Virus record (IMG/VR): IMGVR_UViG_3300037424_001372
Location: 204,837-268,836 of that record
Origin: a virus
Taxonomy: Duplodnaviria > Heunggongvirae > Uroviricota > Caudoviricetes
Length of the DNA stretch: 64,000 nt
Direction: 5' to 3' (one strand)
Both the position numbers and the translations under genes were made by a program. Below, one piece after another: positions 29,597 through 39,162 of the stretch (its first letter is position 1; every line of letters begins with the position of its first letter). The notes under the pieces were generated by a model. That model searched no databases, was not told where the DNA came from, and saw nothing but the letters and a program-made list of their open reading frames with translations.

Positions 29597-30925
29597 TTTA
29601 TTTCCTAATTCAACGAGTGTGTAATCACTACTCTCCAAAGGCGTTAATTCCCCACAACGGATGGGTACTAATTTCTTTATCATACAATAATCATCTACTT
29701 TTATTTCAGATTTATTATATAATTTTAATCCTTCATTTCTAATATTAATCGCTGCATTTAAATCTCTATCATGGACTTCTCCACAATCAGGACATGTCCA
29801 TATTCTATCTTTAAGACTAAGATTATCATTTTTATATCCACAACAATTACATAATTTACTGCTTGGAAACCATCTATCAATTTGAACTAAATCTCTTCCA
29901 TACCAAATACTTTTATATTTTAACATGGTTTTGAATTTATTTAAACTTAGTTCCTGAATACTTTTAGCTAAATTATGATTTTTCATCATTCCCCTTACAT
30001 TTAAGTTTTCCATTACCATAACTTGATTTTCGTTAAGTAATTGATTAGAAACATTATGTAGATAATTCTCTTTAATGTTGTTTAATTTTTCATGAAATAA
30101 AGCTAACTTAATTCTACACTTTTCTTTGTTTTTACTTCCAATAACTTTTCTTGACAATGATTTATTTAATCCTCTTATTTTTTTCTTATTATTTCTTTTA
30201 ATCTTAATATTTTCAAATATTTCACCTTCTGATGTTATTACAAAATCTTTAACACCTAAATCAATTCCTATAATATTATCTGTTTCAGGCAATATTTTAT
30301 CAATTGGTAAATCAATAAGAATTGATAGAAAATATTTATCTGATTTAGTTTTAGTTAAAGTACCTGACTTAATATTATCTTTAAACGTAGATAAATAATT
30401 ATGATATTTATTAGAACATTTAAACTTAACTTTCTTTAAATCAGAAGTTAATGTTATTTTATAATCAGAATATATATTTTTCTTTGATATTGCATCTAAA
30501 GGAAATCTACAACTTTGATTATTATCATGTTTTGACTTAAATTTAGGAAACCCATTTCTGTCAACAAAAAAACGTTTATAACTATCAAGTAAATTAATAA
30601 CACTTTGTTTCAATACCTTAGTATTGTGTTCTTGCAACCATTTATAATCGGGATTTTTGGTCAATTCTTGATGAAAGAAGTTACCTAATTCTTTCAAGCC
30701 TAAATTAACCTTATCATTTGCATAACTTTTCATTTTTTTATCAAGGCATTGATTATAAACAAAACGATAACTTCCAAGAAGTTTAGAAATATAATCTTCT
30801 TGAGTTTTGTTTGGATACAATCTTATTTTTACTGCCTTAATCATTGAATTAATTATTTTCTTCTGATTTCTTTTTCTTATTTTGATGACTTCTTCTTCCG
30901 TATAATTTACTACTAAAACTTGCAA
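29570..30925 (-). CDS. tnpB: TnpB/OrfB RuvC-like nuclease with Zn ribbon, B-type copy 1
   Basis: CNCCGYKND...CPDCGEVHDRDLNAAINIRNEGL. About 60% identical to 35292..36512. Confidence 0.9.
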   Translation of the reverse strand: MQVLVVNYTEEEVIKIRKRNQKKIINSMIKAVKIRLYPNKTQEDYISKLLGSYRFVYNQCLDKKMKSYANDKVNLGLKELGNFFHQELTKNPDYKWLQEHNTKVLKQSVINLLDSYKRFFVDRNGFPKFKSKHDNNQSCRFPLDAISKKNIYSDYKITLTSDLKKVKFKCSNKYHNYLSTFKDNIKSGTLTKTKSDKYFLSILIDLPIDKILPETDNIIGIDLGVKDFVITSEGEIFENIKIKRNNKKKIRGLNKSLSRKVIGSKNKEKCRIKLALFHEKLNNIKENYLHNVSNQLLNENQVMVMENLNVRGMMKNHNLAKSIQELSLNKFKTMLKYKSIWYGRDLVQIDRWFPSSKLCNCCGYKNDNLSLKDRIWTCPDCGEVHDRDLNAAINIRNEGLKLYNKSEIKVDDYCMIKKLVPIRCGELTPLESSDYTLVELGNKINIESGKI

Positions 30926-31463
30926 TTAATGTCATCATATCGTTAACAAATTCATCACTATCAGAAATATTATTGTTTTCAATTCGTTCAATTTCAACCC
31001 CATAACTATTGAAAAAAGCATTAATTAGGTTATACTGAAATCTTGTTAATCTATCTTTATTTTCAATAACAACTTTAAATATTTTTTTATCGATAACTAA
31101 TTTAATTAAATTAACAAATCCACTTCTTGTATCAGATAAACCACTACCAGTATCTTTTATCTGATAATGAACACTATATTTCTTTTTAGCACAGTATTCG
31201 CTTAAACGTTGTGATTGTCTATCTAAATCACCCTTTTGTTTTTGATCATATGAACTAACACGAGAATATGTTGCAACGGCATCAATAATAATTTCTTTTT
31301 TATATTCTCCAATATAATTCAAAATATCTTCTTCTCGATAACGTCTATGACCACCAATTGTTTTAATTGATTTTAGTTTATCTTCTACATCCCAATTTCG
31401 TAGTGAATGTTTAGACACTCCAAGTATTTCAGATGCCTTATTTAATGATATTAGTTTACTCAT
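30849..31463 (-). CDS. tnpA: IS607-family serine recombinase TnpA (MerR-like HTH plus resolvase catalytic domain)
   Basis: N-terminal HTH (ASEILGVSKHSLRNW), resolvase core (YSRVSSYDQ...DRQ) and 77-nt overlap with tnpB. Confidence 0.85.
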   Translation of the reverse strand: MSKLISLNKASEILGVSKHSLRNWDVEDKLKSIKTIGGHRRYREEDILNYIGEYKKEIIIDAVATYSRVSSYDQKQKGDLDRQSQRLSEYCAKKKYSVHYQIKDTGSGLSDTRSGFVNLIKLVIDKKIFKVVIENKDRLTRFQYNLINAFFNSYGVEIERIENNNISDSDEFVNDMMTLIASFSSKLYGRRSHQNKKKKSEENN

Positions 31464-31674
31464 TTAAATCCTCAATCATTTTTAAAATTATGTTTTTTGA
31501 TGAATTTAATATTTTTTGAAATTCGTCAATATTAATATTTTCATCATCATCAAATTCAAAGGGTATTGGAAATATATCACCATTTTCAAGTTCAAACTCA
31601 TTTTTATCAAAACGAACAACATTTAATTGTTTATTTTTTAAGTTTTCCATAAATTTAATAAATTTTCTTTTCAT
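31456..31674 (-). CDS. small acidic ORF inside the presumed left part of IS element B1 (possible passenger gene)
   Basis: 72 aa, overlapping the tnpA start by 8 nt, between tnpA and the host-gene junction near 31747. Confidence 0.35.
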   Translation of the reverse strand: MKRKFIKFMENLKNKQLNVVRFDKNEFELENGDIFPIPFEFDDDENINIDEFQKILNSSKNIILKMIEDLNE

Positions 31675-31747
31675 ATAAATACTATTAAATTTCTCAAAAG
31701 TATGAAATTATTATTAAATATTGAAAATAAATAGTAATATTTGGTAG

Positions 31748-32257
31748 GTTTATTTAAACCGTCTCACGCCAACAAAAAGTCCTATGATATTTGTTAAATA
31801 TAGAAAGGATATCGATGAATTGCAAGAGACTGTTATTCTTACTTATGTGAAAGATGTTTTTAAAAATGTATTCAACACATATACTACAGATGATATTCTT
31901 TCAAAACGACAAGAATTTGATGCTGAAGTAACAAAATTACTTTCTGATGAAATGATGAAAGAAGGTTTTGAAGTGGGTCAATTAACATTTGGAATGAGAT
32001 ATCCAAATAGCATTAATAAAGCAATTGAATTAAAAACTGCTGCTATGCAGGTTGCTCAACAAAAAGAAACTGAATTAAGAGTCGCGAAAGCAAATGCAGA
32101 TATTTTAATAACTAATGCAAAAGCCGAAGCCGAAGCAAATAAATTAAGGCAACAGACACTTAACACTTTGTTAATCCAACAACAATTTATTGAAAAATGG
32201 GATGGTAAAACGGCAATATATGGCAACGCACCTTCTTTTTTCAAGAGTGTTAATTAA
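31748..32257 (+). pseudogene. SPFH/band-7 (HflK/C-like) protein, 3' fragment
   Basis: Frame opens at 31748. IFVKYRKDIDELQ... and AEAEANKLRQQTLNTLLIQQQFIEKWDGK are typical of the band-7 C-terminal region. Confidence 0.5.
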
Positions 32258-32290
32258 TTTATAATACTAGGATTTTTCTATTTTTAAATA

Positions 32291-32332
32291 AAAAACAGGT
32301 ATGTTATTTAAATAATAATACCTGTTTTTTAT
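32291..32332 (+). terminator. rho-independent terminator
   Basis: AAAAACAGGTAT...ATACCTGTTTTTT. Confidence 0.6.
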
Positions 32333-32497
32333 TTGTAACAAAATCAATATGCTTTCGTAATCATTATATGAAGAATATTGTGAAAATACAATGAGACGAT
32401 TATAAATTCCCATAAATGTTTCATGAATTTTATTTGATAATGATATGGTTATTCATTTATTTTTTATTTAATATTGTAAATTCTAATACACATTAAA

Positions 32498-32821
32498 ATG
32501 AATAGATTTAGATTTTTTATTAACGTAAATTCTCCTAACAACTACGATAGTGAGGAAAAATTGAAATTGTTGACCCAAATTAGGGAAGCGTTACAAGAAT
32601 TTTGTATTAGCAAACCCGAACTGAAAATTAGTATTAGTAATGAACTTACTGATGATAATATTGCTCATAGTCTTAATCTTTTTTGTCATAAAAAGAAAAA
32701 TGATTTAGAGAACGTTAAGTTGTGTAAGTCATATGACTTTGCCCAAGGGAGAAATCTTTGTTACAATACTAAGACCAATAGTAAAACTTGTAATGGTATT
32801 TGTGATTTTTATGATGAATAA
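32498..32821 (+). CDS. hypothetical Cys-rich protein
   Basis: 107-aa ORF. Confidence 0.4.
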   Translation: MNRFRFFINVNSPNNYDSEEKLKLLTQIREALQEFCISKPELKISISNELTDDNIAHSLNLFCHKKKNDLENVKLCKSYDFAQGRNLCYNTKTNSKTCNGICDFYDE

Positions 32822-33226
32822 TGTTTTAAAATAATTATAAAACGATTGAAATAATACTTGACAACAAACTGGAAATATTTAATAATAGCTTTCCTCAATT
32901 TAATTTTTTAATTTATGAAAGAAGATAAAGTAATAAAAGCGATTGAAATTTATATAAGAGAAACAGGTAATAAATATGGTATTAGTAAAATTAAAAAATT
33001 AAATGACTACTTATACCAGATAAATGACCGTGAAGTAAATACTGATACTAATACTATTGGTTATCCTGATATAGAATAAAATTGTTTATAACGGTTGAGA
33101 ATATAAGTAGCAACCGATTTGAAATAAAAAACTTAAAATTAGTATAAATGTTAAACAGAAGTAGTAACTTAAATAAACCACATAACTCGGTTATTACTTA
33201 TATTCTTTGTTATGTAATGTTTTATT

Positions 33227-33484
33227 ATGGAAGAAATATTTAAAAAATCAACATTCTGTTTCACTGATGAAAGTGAATATGAAAAATTTAAGGAAAGTTG
33301 TTTACAAAGGTCGAAAGATTTTTGTGGGTGGGATATTAGAAGCGAATATGATTTAATTGGGTTTAACGAGGAATATCAAAAAGAACATGGTTTTAAATTC
33401 AAAGTTACTTTTGATATGTTGAGGGTAAGTGGTGATGATTTCAATTGGCTTCCAAGAACGAAGGAACTTTTAAATGTTTTATAA
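33227..33484 (+). CDS. hypothetical protein
   Basis: 85-aa ORF. Confidence 0.4.
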   Translation: MEEIFKKSTFCFTDESEYEKFKESCLQRSKDFCGWDIRSEYDLIGFNEEYQKEHGFKFKVTFDMLRVSGDDFNWLPRTKELLNVL

Positions 33485-33650
33485 CGGTCGAGTGTAGCAC
33501 AAGTAAGGGAATGCGGAGTGCAAACCTATCAAGCTACACCGACCAAAAAGCGGGCTACAACGCTTAAAATTTGCAGCAAAACACTTATTGGTGCTACACT
33601 TTGTTACCACCAGTACTTTTTTGATTATTCACTTTAAAAACAAAATAGAA

Positions 33651-33890
33651 ATGATAAAGGAAATTTTAACATCAGAAAACTTAATCGAGATTCACGAAAA
33701 TTTCAATGACTTTGCTAAACACCATCAAAATTTAGGTGGTCAAAAAGCTCACAAAGTAATCAAAGCAATGTGGGATGAAACTAAATCGCAACCACGAGAC
33801 GGAAGTGATGATGCAAGATTGAGAGACGAAGGTTTTGATAGAGCTTTTAGTATTATTCTAAAAGAACTACACCGCCAGTTCGTTCCTTAG
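33651..33890 (+). CDS. hypothetical protein flanked by GC-rich repeat-bearing spacers
   Basis: ATG-initiated part of track ORF 33588..33890. Confidence 0.35.
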   Translation: MIKEILTSENLIEIHENFNDFAKHHQNLGGQKAHKVIKAMWDETKSQPRDGSDDARLRDEGFDRAFSIILKELHRQFVP

Positions 33891-34060
33891 TATTGGTGGT
33901 AACGTTAAGTATATGGCAAGTTGGGGATTAAAATGTGCTACCATATCGAGGTACTGCTCGGAATGGCCTGGCGCAAATACTGCGTAACTCTGATTCCCGT
34001 GCCATTATTGCTACATAGTGTTGTGGCCAGTACGGTTAATTAACTAATAACAATTACAAA

Positions 34061-34423
34061 ATGACAAACGACGAAGCAAGAGAGCTATATAAAGAAAGTG
34101 GAATCACTTATAAAAGCATTGGCTCTAAAGAAATTTCAAAGCTTATTTATTGCATTAAAACTGAACTGCATTGCTGCGACAATGAATTAGAGTTGAAGCT
34201 ATGCCCACTCAGGAAAAATGACATAAATTACAATGAGGATGGCTCAATAAAGAACTGTTATTTAATGGTTGATGGAGACTATTTTAAGCGAAGAGAAGCA
34301 ATTTCATTTAACACTGCCGATATTCATGGAAACGAGTTTATCGGATTTGCCGGATGGGGTGGCACAAAACAACGCGAACCACTCTTAAAAGCATTCGCCA
34401 AGTGGATTAATGAGATGATGTAG
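34061..34423 (+). CDS. hypothetical protein
   Basis: 120-aa ORF. Confidence 0.45.
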   Translation: MTNDEARELYKESGITYKSIGSKEISKLIYCIKTELHCCDNELELKLCPLRKNDINYNEDGSIKNCYLMVDGDYFKRREAISFNTADIHGNEFIGFAGWGGTKQREPLLKAFAKWINEMM

Positions 34424-34846
34424 TATTGACCACAACTACTATATATAAAGTGGTGTGTTTAACTTATTAAAAATCATCGCGTTATATTCACAATTTTTAA
34501 GAATTGAATTTGAATTTATATTTAATAAATTAAAAAAATATGGATTTTAGAAAAATAATAATTGGAATATTAATTATTCTTATAATTGTTGGATATGGTT
34601 TTATTTCACTTGTTAATTGGAATTATCATATCAGTGAATGGAATTGGGTTTCAAAATTATTCTTTGGTTATTTACTATTTAAAAGCATTGGATATGTAAT
34701 AATTAGGAACTAATCAAAGCCGTTACAAGTTATAAAAATAAACATATTATATCGAAATGTAATTGGATTGTTTAACGTAAAATTATTTAATATTTTATGT
34801 ATGGATCGTTCAATTTTAATTATTAAAATCAAATCAAATCTTATTA

Positions 34847-35035
34847 ATGAGAAATCTAGTTAACAGTGAAATCAGGGGTTTAAGAATAAAAACCAACACA
34901 TTTAAAAAGGCTAAATGGAATAATGTTTATTTTGAACATAATGGTCAAAATATTAATATCAGAAATATTGAATATATTAATCTTTCTGATTACGATGCTC
35001 TTCGATTGTTAATGTTTCTTATAACAATTATTTAA
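34847..35035 (+). CDS. hypothetical protein
   Basis: 62-aa ORF. Confidence 0.3.
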   Translation: MRNLVNSEIRGLRIKTNTFKKAKWNNVYFEHNGQNINIRNIEYINLSDYDALRLLMFLITII

Positions 35036-35053
35036 AAAAATTAAATATAAATT

Positions 35054-35278
35054 ATGAAACTAAAAATTGGCAATAGTTGTGGATCATGTGTTCACACTAA
35101 TAAACCTAAAACGCCTCGTGAACATGCTGCTTATTATGAAGTAGCTAAAACCGAACGTTGGTGTTTTAAACATAATTGTCATGTTACTCGTGAAACTACT
35201 TGTGATGACCATGAAGGTATTAATCGAAGTGCTAAAACCTCTTTTCCAAGAATAGAAAAATTCAATAGCAGAGCATAA
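35054..35278 (+). CDS. hypothetical Cys/His-rich protein
   Basis: 74-aa ORF with CGSC and CDDHEG motifs. Confidence 0.35.
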   Translation: MKLKIGNSCGSCVHTNKPKTPREHAAYYEVAKTERWCFKHNCHVTRETTCDDHEGINRSAKTSFPRIEKFNSRA

Positions 35279-35291
35279 AAATCAATAGGAA

Positions 35292-36512
35292 TTAAATCCT
35301 ATTTTCTTTTCTTCCTATTTCACCGACACTTGTCTCCATAGGCGTTAATTCCCCGATACTATCAGGTATTTTATTGTTTATTATTCTTAAACCTTCATTC
35401 TTGATATTTATTGCTGCATTATAATCCCTATCTATTGACATATCACATTTAGGACATTTAAATGTCCTTTCACTCAGTGTCAAATCATTGTTCTTATAAC
35501 CACAACAACTACACAATTTACTGGAAGGATAAAACCTGTCTATTTCCACCAAATCCCTACCATACCAAATTGATTTATATGTCAATATATTCTTAAACCT
35601 ATTTAGTGATAGTTCCTGTATTGATCTGGCTAGTTTATGATTTTTCAACATACCTTTTACATTCAAATCCTCAATCACTATAACTTGGTTTTCGTTAAGC
35701 AATTGATTTGATATGGAATGTAAATAATTCTCTTTTTTATTATTTAATTTCTCATGATATTTAGCTAATTTTATTCTTGCCTTGTTCTTATTATTTGATT
35801 TATTTTGTTTTCTTGATAATGATCTTTGTAATTTACTTAATTTCTTCTGGTTATTCCTTTTAATTTTGATATTCTCAAATACTTTATTATCGGAAGTCAC
35901 AATAAATTCTTTAATGCCCAAATCTAAACCAACAACATTGTTGGTTAATGGTAGGATTTTAGCTATTGAATCTGGTAGATCGATTAAAATCGATAAGTAA
36001 TAATAACCAGATTTAGATTTAGTTAATGTTGCTGATTTAATATTATCTTTATATTCTGACAGATAATTAACATATTTCTTTGATGTTTTGAATTTAATAT
36101 CTTTAATTTGAGTGGTCAACGTTAATTTATTATCTATGAATATATTTTTCTTTGATATTGCTTGTAAAGGGAACCTACACGATTGTTTATTATCATGCTT
36201 AGATTTATATTTGGGAAAGCCATTGCCGTTAACAAAAAATCTTTTGTATGTATCGAGGACATTAATAATTGTTTGGTTCAGGACTTTGGTATTGTGTTCG
36301 TTAAGGAACGAATATTCATCATTTTTCAATAGGCCGTGGAAAAGAAAGTTACCAAGAATTTTGAGGTTAGCGGATTTTTTTGTACATTTGTAATGTTCTA
36401 TTGAAAAATTAAGTGCTTGGTTATACGTAAATCTATATGAACCAAGGAGTTTATTCATATAAATTTCTTGATTTTTATTAGGGTATAATTTAAGTTTTAA
36501 ACCTTTAAGCAT
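35292..36512 (-). CDS. tnpB: TnpB/OrfB RuvC-like nuclease with Zn ribbon, B-type copy 2 (solo, no tnpA)
   Basis: CSCCGYKNN...CPKCDMSIDRDYNAAINIKNEGL. No recombinase gene adjacent. Confidence 0.85.
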   Translation of the reverse strand: MLKGLKLKLYPNKNQEIYMNKLLGSYRFTYNQALNFSIEHYKCTKKSANLKILGNFLFHGLLKNDEYSFLNEHNTKVLNQTIINVLDTYKRFFVNGNGFPKYKSKHDNKQSCRFPLQAISKKNIFIDNKLTLTTQIKDIKFKTSKKYVNYLSEYKDNIKSATLTKSKSGYYYLSILIDLPDSIAKILPLTNNVVGLDLGIKEFIVTSDNKVFENIKIKRNNQKKLSKLQRSLSRKQNKSNNKNKARIKLAKYHEKLNNKKENYLHSISNQLLNENQVIVIEDLNVKGMLKNHKLARSIQELSLNRFKNILTYKSIWYGRDLVEIDRFYPSSKLCSCCGYKNNDLTLSERTFKCPKCDMSIDRDYNAAINIKNEGLRIINNKIPDSIGELTPMETSVGEIGRKENRI

Positions 36513-36540
36513 AATTATGTCTTTAATAGACGATTTATAT
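35310..36540 (-). mobile_element. IS1341-like solo tnpB element B2
   Basis: Shares the right-end block TTCCTATTTCACCGA...GGCGTTAATTCCCC with B1. Confidence 0.5.
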
Positions 36541-36839
36541 ATAAATACTCAATAAATAATGAAATGATAGATTTTTTAATGTTTTAATTAAAAATATTTA
36601 TAAGACAAAAAGAAGTACTTGAGATTATTGAATTGATGGGCGATAAAAAGGTTATATTGAATAATGAAATATATTTTGTTAAAAATGGTTAGATATGTTA
36701 TAGTTATGACGAAGATTATAGTTATGATGAAGATGATTATCTTAGATTTAATATTTTTAAATTAAGTACCAAAAATAGATCATGTGATTATTATTTAAAA
36801 GAAATTCGAAATGCTTTGCAATGAGAAGTCATAAATACT

Positions 36840-37121
36840 ATGTTAGGAATATGTACTTTAATTCAATATAATATGAAACTAGATGATGAAGTAATAATAT
36901 TATTATTTAAAAATAATGAAGGTGAAACTACTGTAATAACTTTAACAATAGATCAACTTTTAGATAAAACAAGAGATGATTTATACGAAATGTTAGATAA
37001 TTCTGAACCTTGCACATGCTCAAGCTGCAATAACGAAAGCCAAAACTTTTGTGATTGCGGCTCTAAATATGAAGATTATGAAATTGTTGAGGTACAGGTT
37101 TCTTGTTATAACAATATCTAA
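36840..37121 (+). CDS. hypothetical Cys-rich protein
   Basis: 93-aa ORF. Its stop codon abuts the mini-IS remnant. Confidence 0.4.
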   Translation: MLGICTLIQYNMKLDDEVIILLFKNNEGETTVITLTIDQLLDKTRDDLYEMLDNSEPCTCSSCNNESQNFCDCGSKYEDYEIVEVQVSCYNNI

Positions 37122-37345
37122 ATACACAGAAAAACCATGAAATTGGTTTACGATTTTAATAATCGATGGGATCGCTGATAATCCCCCCTATCCCATCTGT
37201 GAAAACATTTGGGATTGCTTTTCTTAAAATTAAAAAATAGTAAATTACATTAAAATAATTTACTATTTTTTAATACAGTCTGTAATCAACATGTTAAAAT
37301 ATCGCAATTGTTCAACGAAACCCACATAAAATTATGTAAGTCCCG
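37114..37345 (-). mobile_element. miniature (MITE-like) derivative of A-type IS607: right end fused to left end, no ORFs
   Basis: 37114..37230 matches 44129..44250 (tnpB 3'/right end with GGGAT...ATCCC hairpin). 37250..37345 matches 46070..46120 (left end TTTACTATTTTTAATACAGTSTGTAAT). Confidence 0.6.
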
Positions 37346-37440
37346 ATTTCCTAATTCAACGAGCGCGTAACCACTAACTCTCCAAAGGCTTTAATTCCCC
37401 ACAACGGATGGGTATTTGTTTTAATAGAGTATTTTATATA
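37346..37440 (-). mobile_element. B-type IS right-end remnant, directly abutting the mini-A element
   Basis: TTCCTAATTCAACGAGCGCGTAACCACTAACTCTCCAAAGGCTTTAATTCCCCACAACGGATGGGTA is about 90% identical to 29602..29668. Confidence 0.6.
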
Positions 37441-37591
37441 CTAATTATAAATAGTATGAAATGAAAAAAATGTTATATTTAAAAATAATTTTAACAATAT
37501 ATTTCATTAATTTTGTCTATTTCTCTATAAACTGCCAATAAACCCTGCTCCGCCGGTCACTATAATCATAGCCTGATGCCTTGTAGTATTT

Positions 37592-37825
37592 TCACTTTTC
37601 ATGTTTATGTCTAGGTGTTCCAAGATTCAACTTAAAAATAGTTTGCCCAATAGTTTCATTTAGGCTGGCATTTGTATTTCCACTAACTAAATCATCCAAT
37701 AATGTCAACACATCTTGAGGAGATAAGCTCAACTCTTCGGTACCTAAGCTTCCAGTTAGTAGTACACACGCTTTTGATAGCATTTGTTCTGATTTAGTTC
37801 CAGTTTTTAAATCTTTAAAATTCAT
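37592..37825 (-). CDS. hypothetical protein
   Basis: 77-aa ORF in a GC-richer segment. Confidence 0.35.
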   Translation of the reverse strand: MNFKDLKTGTKSEQMLSKACVLLTGSLGTEELSLSPQDVLTLLDDLVSGNTNASLNETIGQTIFKLNLGTPRHKHEK

Positions 37826-38063
37826 GTTTATTTAAATTAATTTATAATAAAATAATGTTACTAATAATATTTTGTTAAAAGTTGGGCAATAGTTCCCCCA
37901 ACCAGCTAAACAAGGTTTTTTCAAAAGAAATGACAAATTCATTAATATGAAATATATGGTGGCATAATGTTTTAGTTTAAGGCAATTTTCAAATTCCTCT
38001 AAACTTGATTCAGGTTTATTCATTATAATCAATTAGTTAAATGATATTGTTAATATATAACAG

Positions 38064-38372
38064 TTATGAATAATACTTCTTAACATACTCATTGAAGAAT
38101 AGTGAAAATCCTTCGACATCTAACTCACAATCACCCATCATATAATGACTCCACTCAGTACGAAATAATGTTTTATCACTATCATTCATTACTTTACTAA
38201 TTTCATTCCATAGTTTTTTCGCTTTATGTTGATTAGATTCTCTTCTACAAAAAACATTATTTCTAAACTCTGTGAAATTACTATTCATAACATCAGATAT
38301 ATGTAATTTTTTATCTGTGTTATCAAGTTCTATGTTCTTATTAACTTTATTCATTTCCTTTTTAAGTTTCAT
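38064..38372 (-). CDS. hypothetical protein
   Basis: 102-aa ORF. Confidence 0.45.
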   Translation of the reverse strand: MKLKKEMNKVNKNIELDNTDKKLHISDVMNSNFTEFRNNVFCRRESNQHKAKKLWNEISKVMNDSDKTLFRTEWSHYMMGDCELDVEGFSLFFNEYVKKYYS

Positions 38373-38421
38373 GTTTCAATTTAAGAAAAAACTACATATA
38401 CACTCAACCGTTATCGGCAAC

Positions 38422-38772
38422 CTAAGAAACCGCTTCGAGCAAATCTGATTTTGAAAAATAATGTTTTTTTCTATTGCCATAATAGAGTTTCGGAATTAAT
38501 GCATTTATTTTTTCAAAGTCCATATTTTCATTTAGAATTTTCATGATTTTTGAAACTTCATCATCACATCTGTTTTCCGAAAATCTTTCTTCATCAATTC
38601 TCTCAGTTATCCATTCAGCATCAATTTCAACAATTGAATTTAATTCAGAACATTCAACTTCTAATTTAAAGTCATCTGGGTAAGATTCTATTTCTTCCTT
38701 ATCCCAATTGTTATAGTCACAACATTCTGATAATTCAGAATAAAAAATATCATTGTAAAAGAAATTTTCCAT
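38422..38772 (-). CDS. hypothetical acidic protein
   Basis: 116-aa ORF. Confidence 0.45.
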   Translation of the reverse strand: MENFFYNDIFYSELSECCDYNNWDKEEIESYPDDFKLEVECSELNSIVEIDAEWITERIDEERFSENRCDDEVSKIMKILNENMDFEKINALIPKLYYGNRKKHYFSKSDLLEAVS

Positions 38773-38820
38773 TTGTTTTATTTTTTAAGTTTAAAATTAG
38801 ATTGAAAAAGGCAGCTCACA

Positions 38821-39162
38821 CTAATCTTTAAATTTAGCTTTATTTTTATTCCACCAAGTTTTCAAAATTTGCATTGTTTGTTCATCTTCCAACATATCGA
38901 AGTCAGCCCTAAAACATTCGTCTTTAACAAATTTTTGTAATATTTTGAAAACACCATCCAATTTACCATTAAATTTCACATTTACATCGTATGTAGCAAT
39001 TTCGTTTATCTTCTTACCAAATACATCAACACAATAGTTAAAGTTTTCTAATAAAAAATTTTGTTCTTTAATTTTGCTTACATCTATTGTCATTTCACAC
39101 ATCACATCAGATATTTCAACCAAACATATTCTTGAGATGGCTTTTGACCAATAAAACCCCAC
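38821..39162 (-). CDS. hypothetical protein
   Basis: 113-aa ORF. Confidence 0.45.
   Translation of the reverse strand: MGFYWSKAISRICLVEISDVMCEMTIDVSKIKEQNFLLENFNYCVDVFGKKINEIATYDVNVKFNGKLDGVFKILQKFVKDECFRADFDMLEDEQTMQILKTWWNKNKAKFKD

Larger units (their letters stand above)
29600..31747 (-). mobile_element. IS607-family element B1 (tnpA-tnpB), about 2.15 kb, inserted in a lipoprotein gene
   Basis: Right-end boundary shared with copy B2 and a remnant (TTCCTAWTT...GGCGTTAATTCCCC block). Flanked by split SPFH gene fragments. Confidence 0.6.

Noticed and set aside
29536-31790. Target-site duplication generated by IS B1
   Set aside because: The flanking similarity is only about 65% and serine-recombinase IS607 elements do not create TSDs. 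It is kept in the findings as an unexplained imperfect repeat rather than called a TSD.
16509-34060. tRNA genes in the GC-richer intergenic islands
   Set aside because: No cloverleaf-compatible sequence was found. There is no T-loop GTTCRANYC-like motif with an appropriately spaced acceptor stem in any island.
37832-38032. Track ORF 37832..38032 (-, 66 aa)
   Set aside because: Lies in an AT-rich intergenic gap that probably holds the promoter or terminator between two blocks. Composition is typical of a spurious frame.
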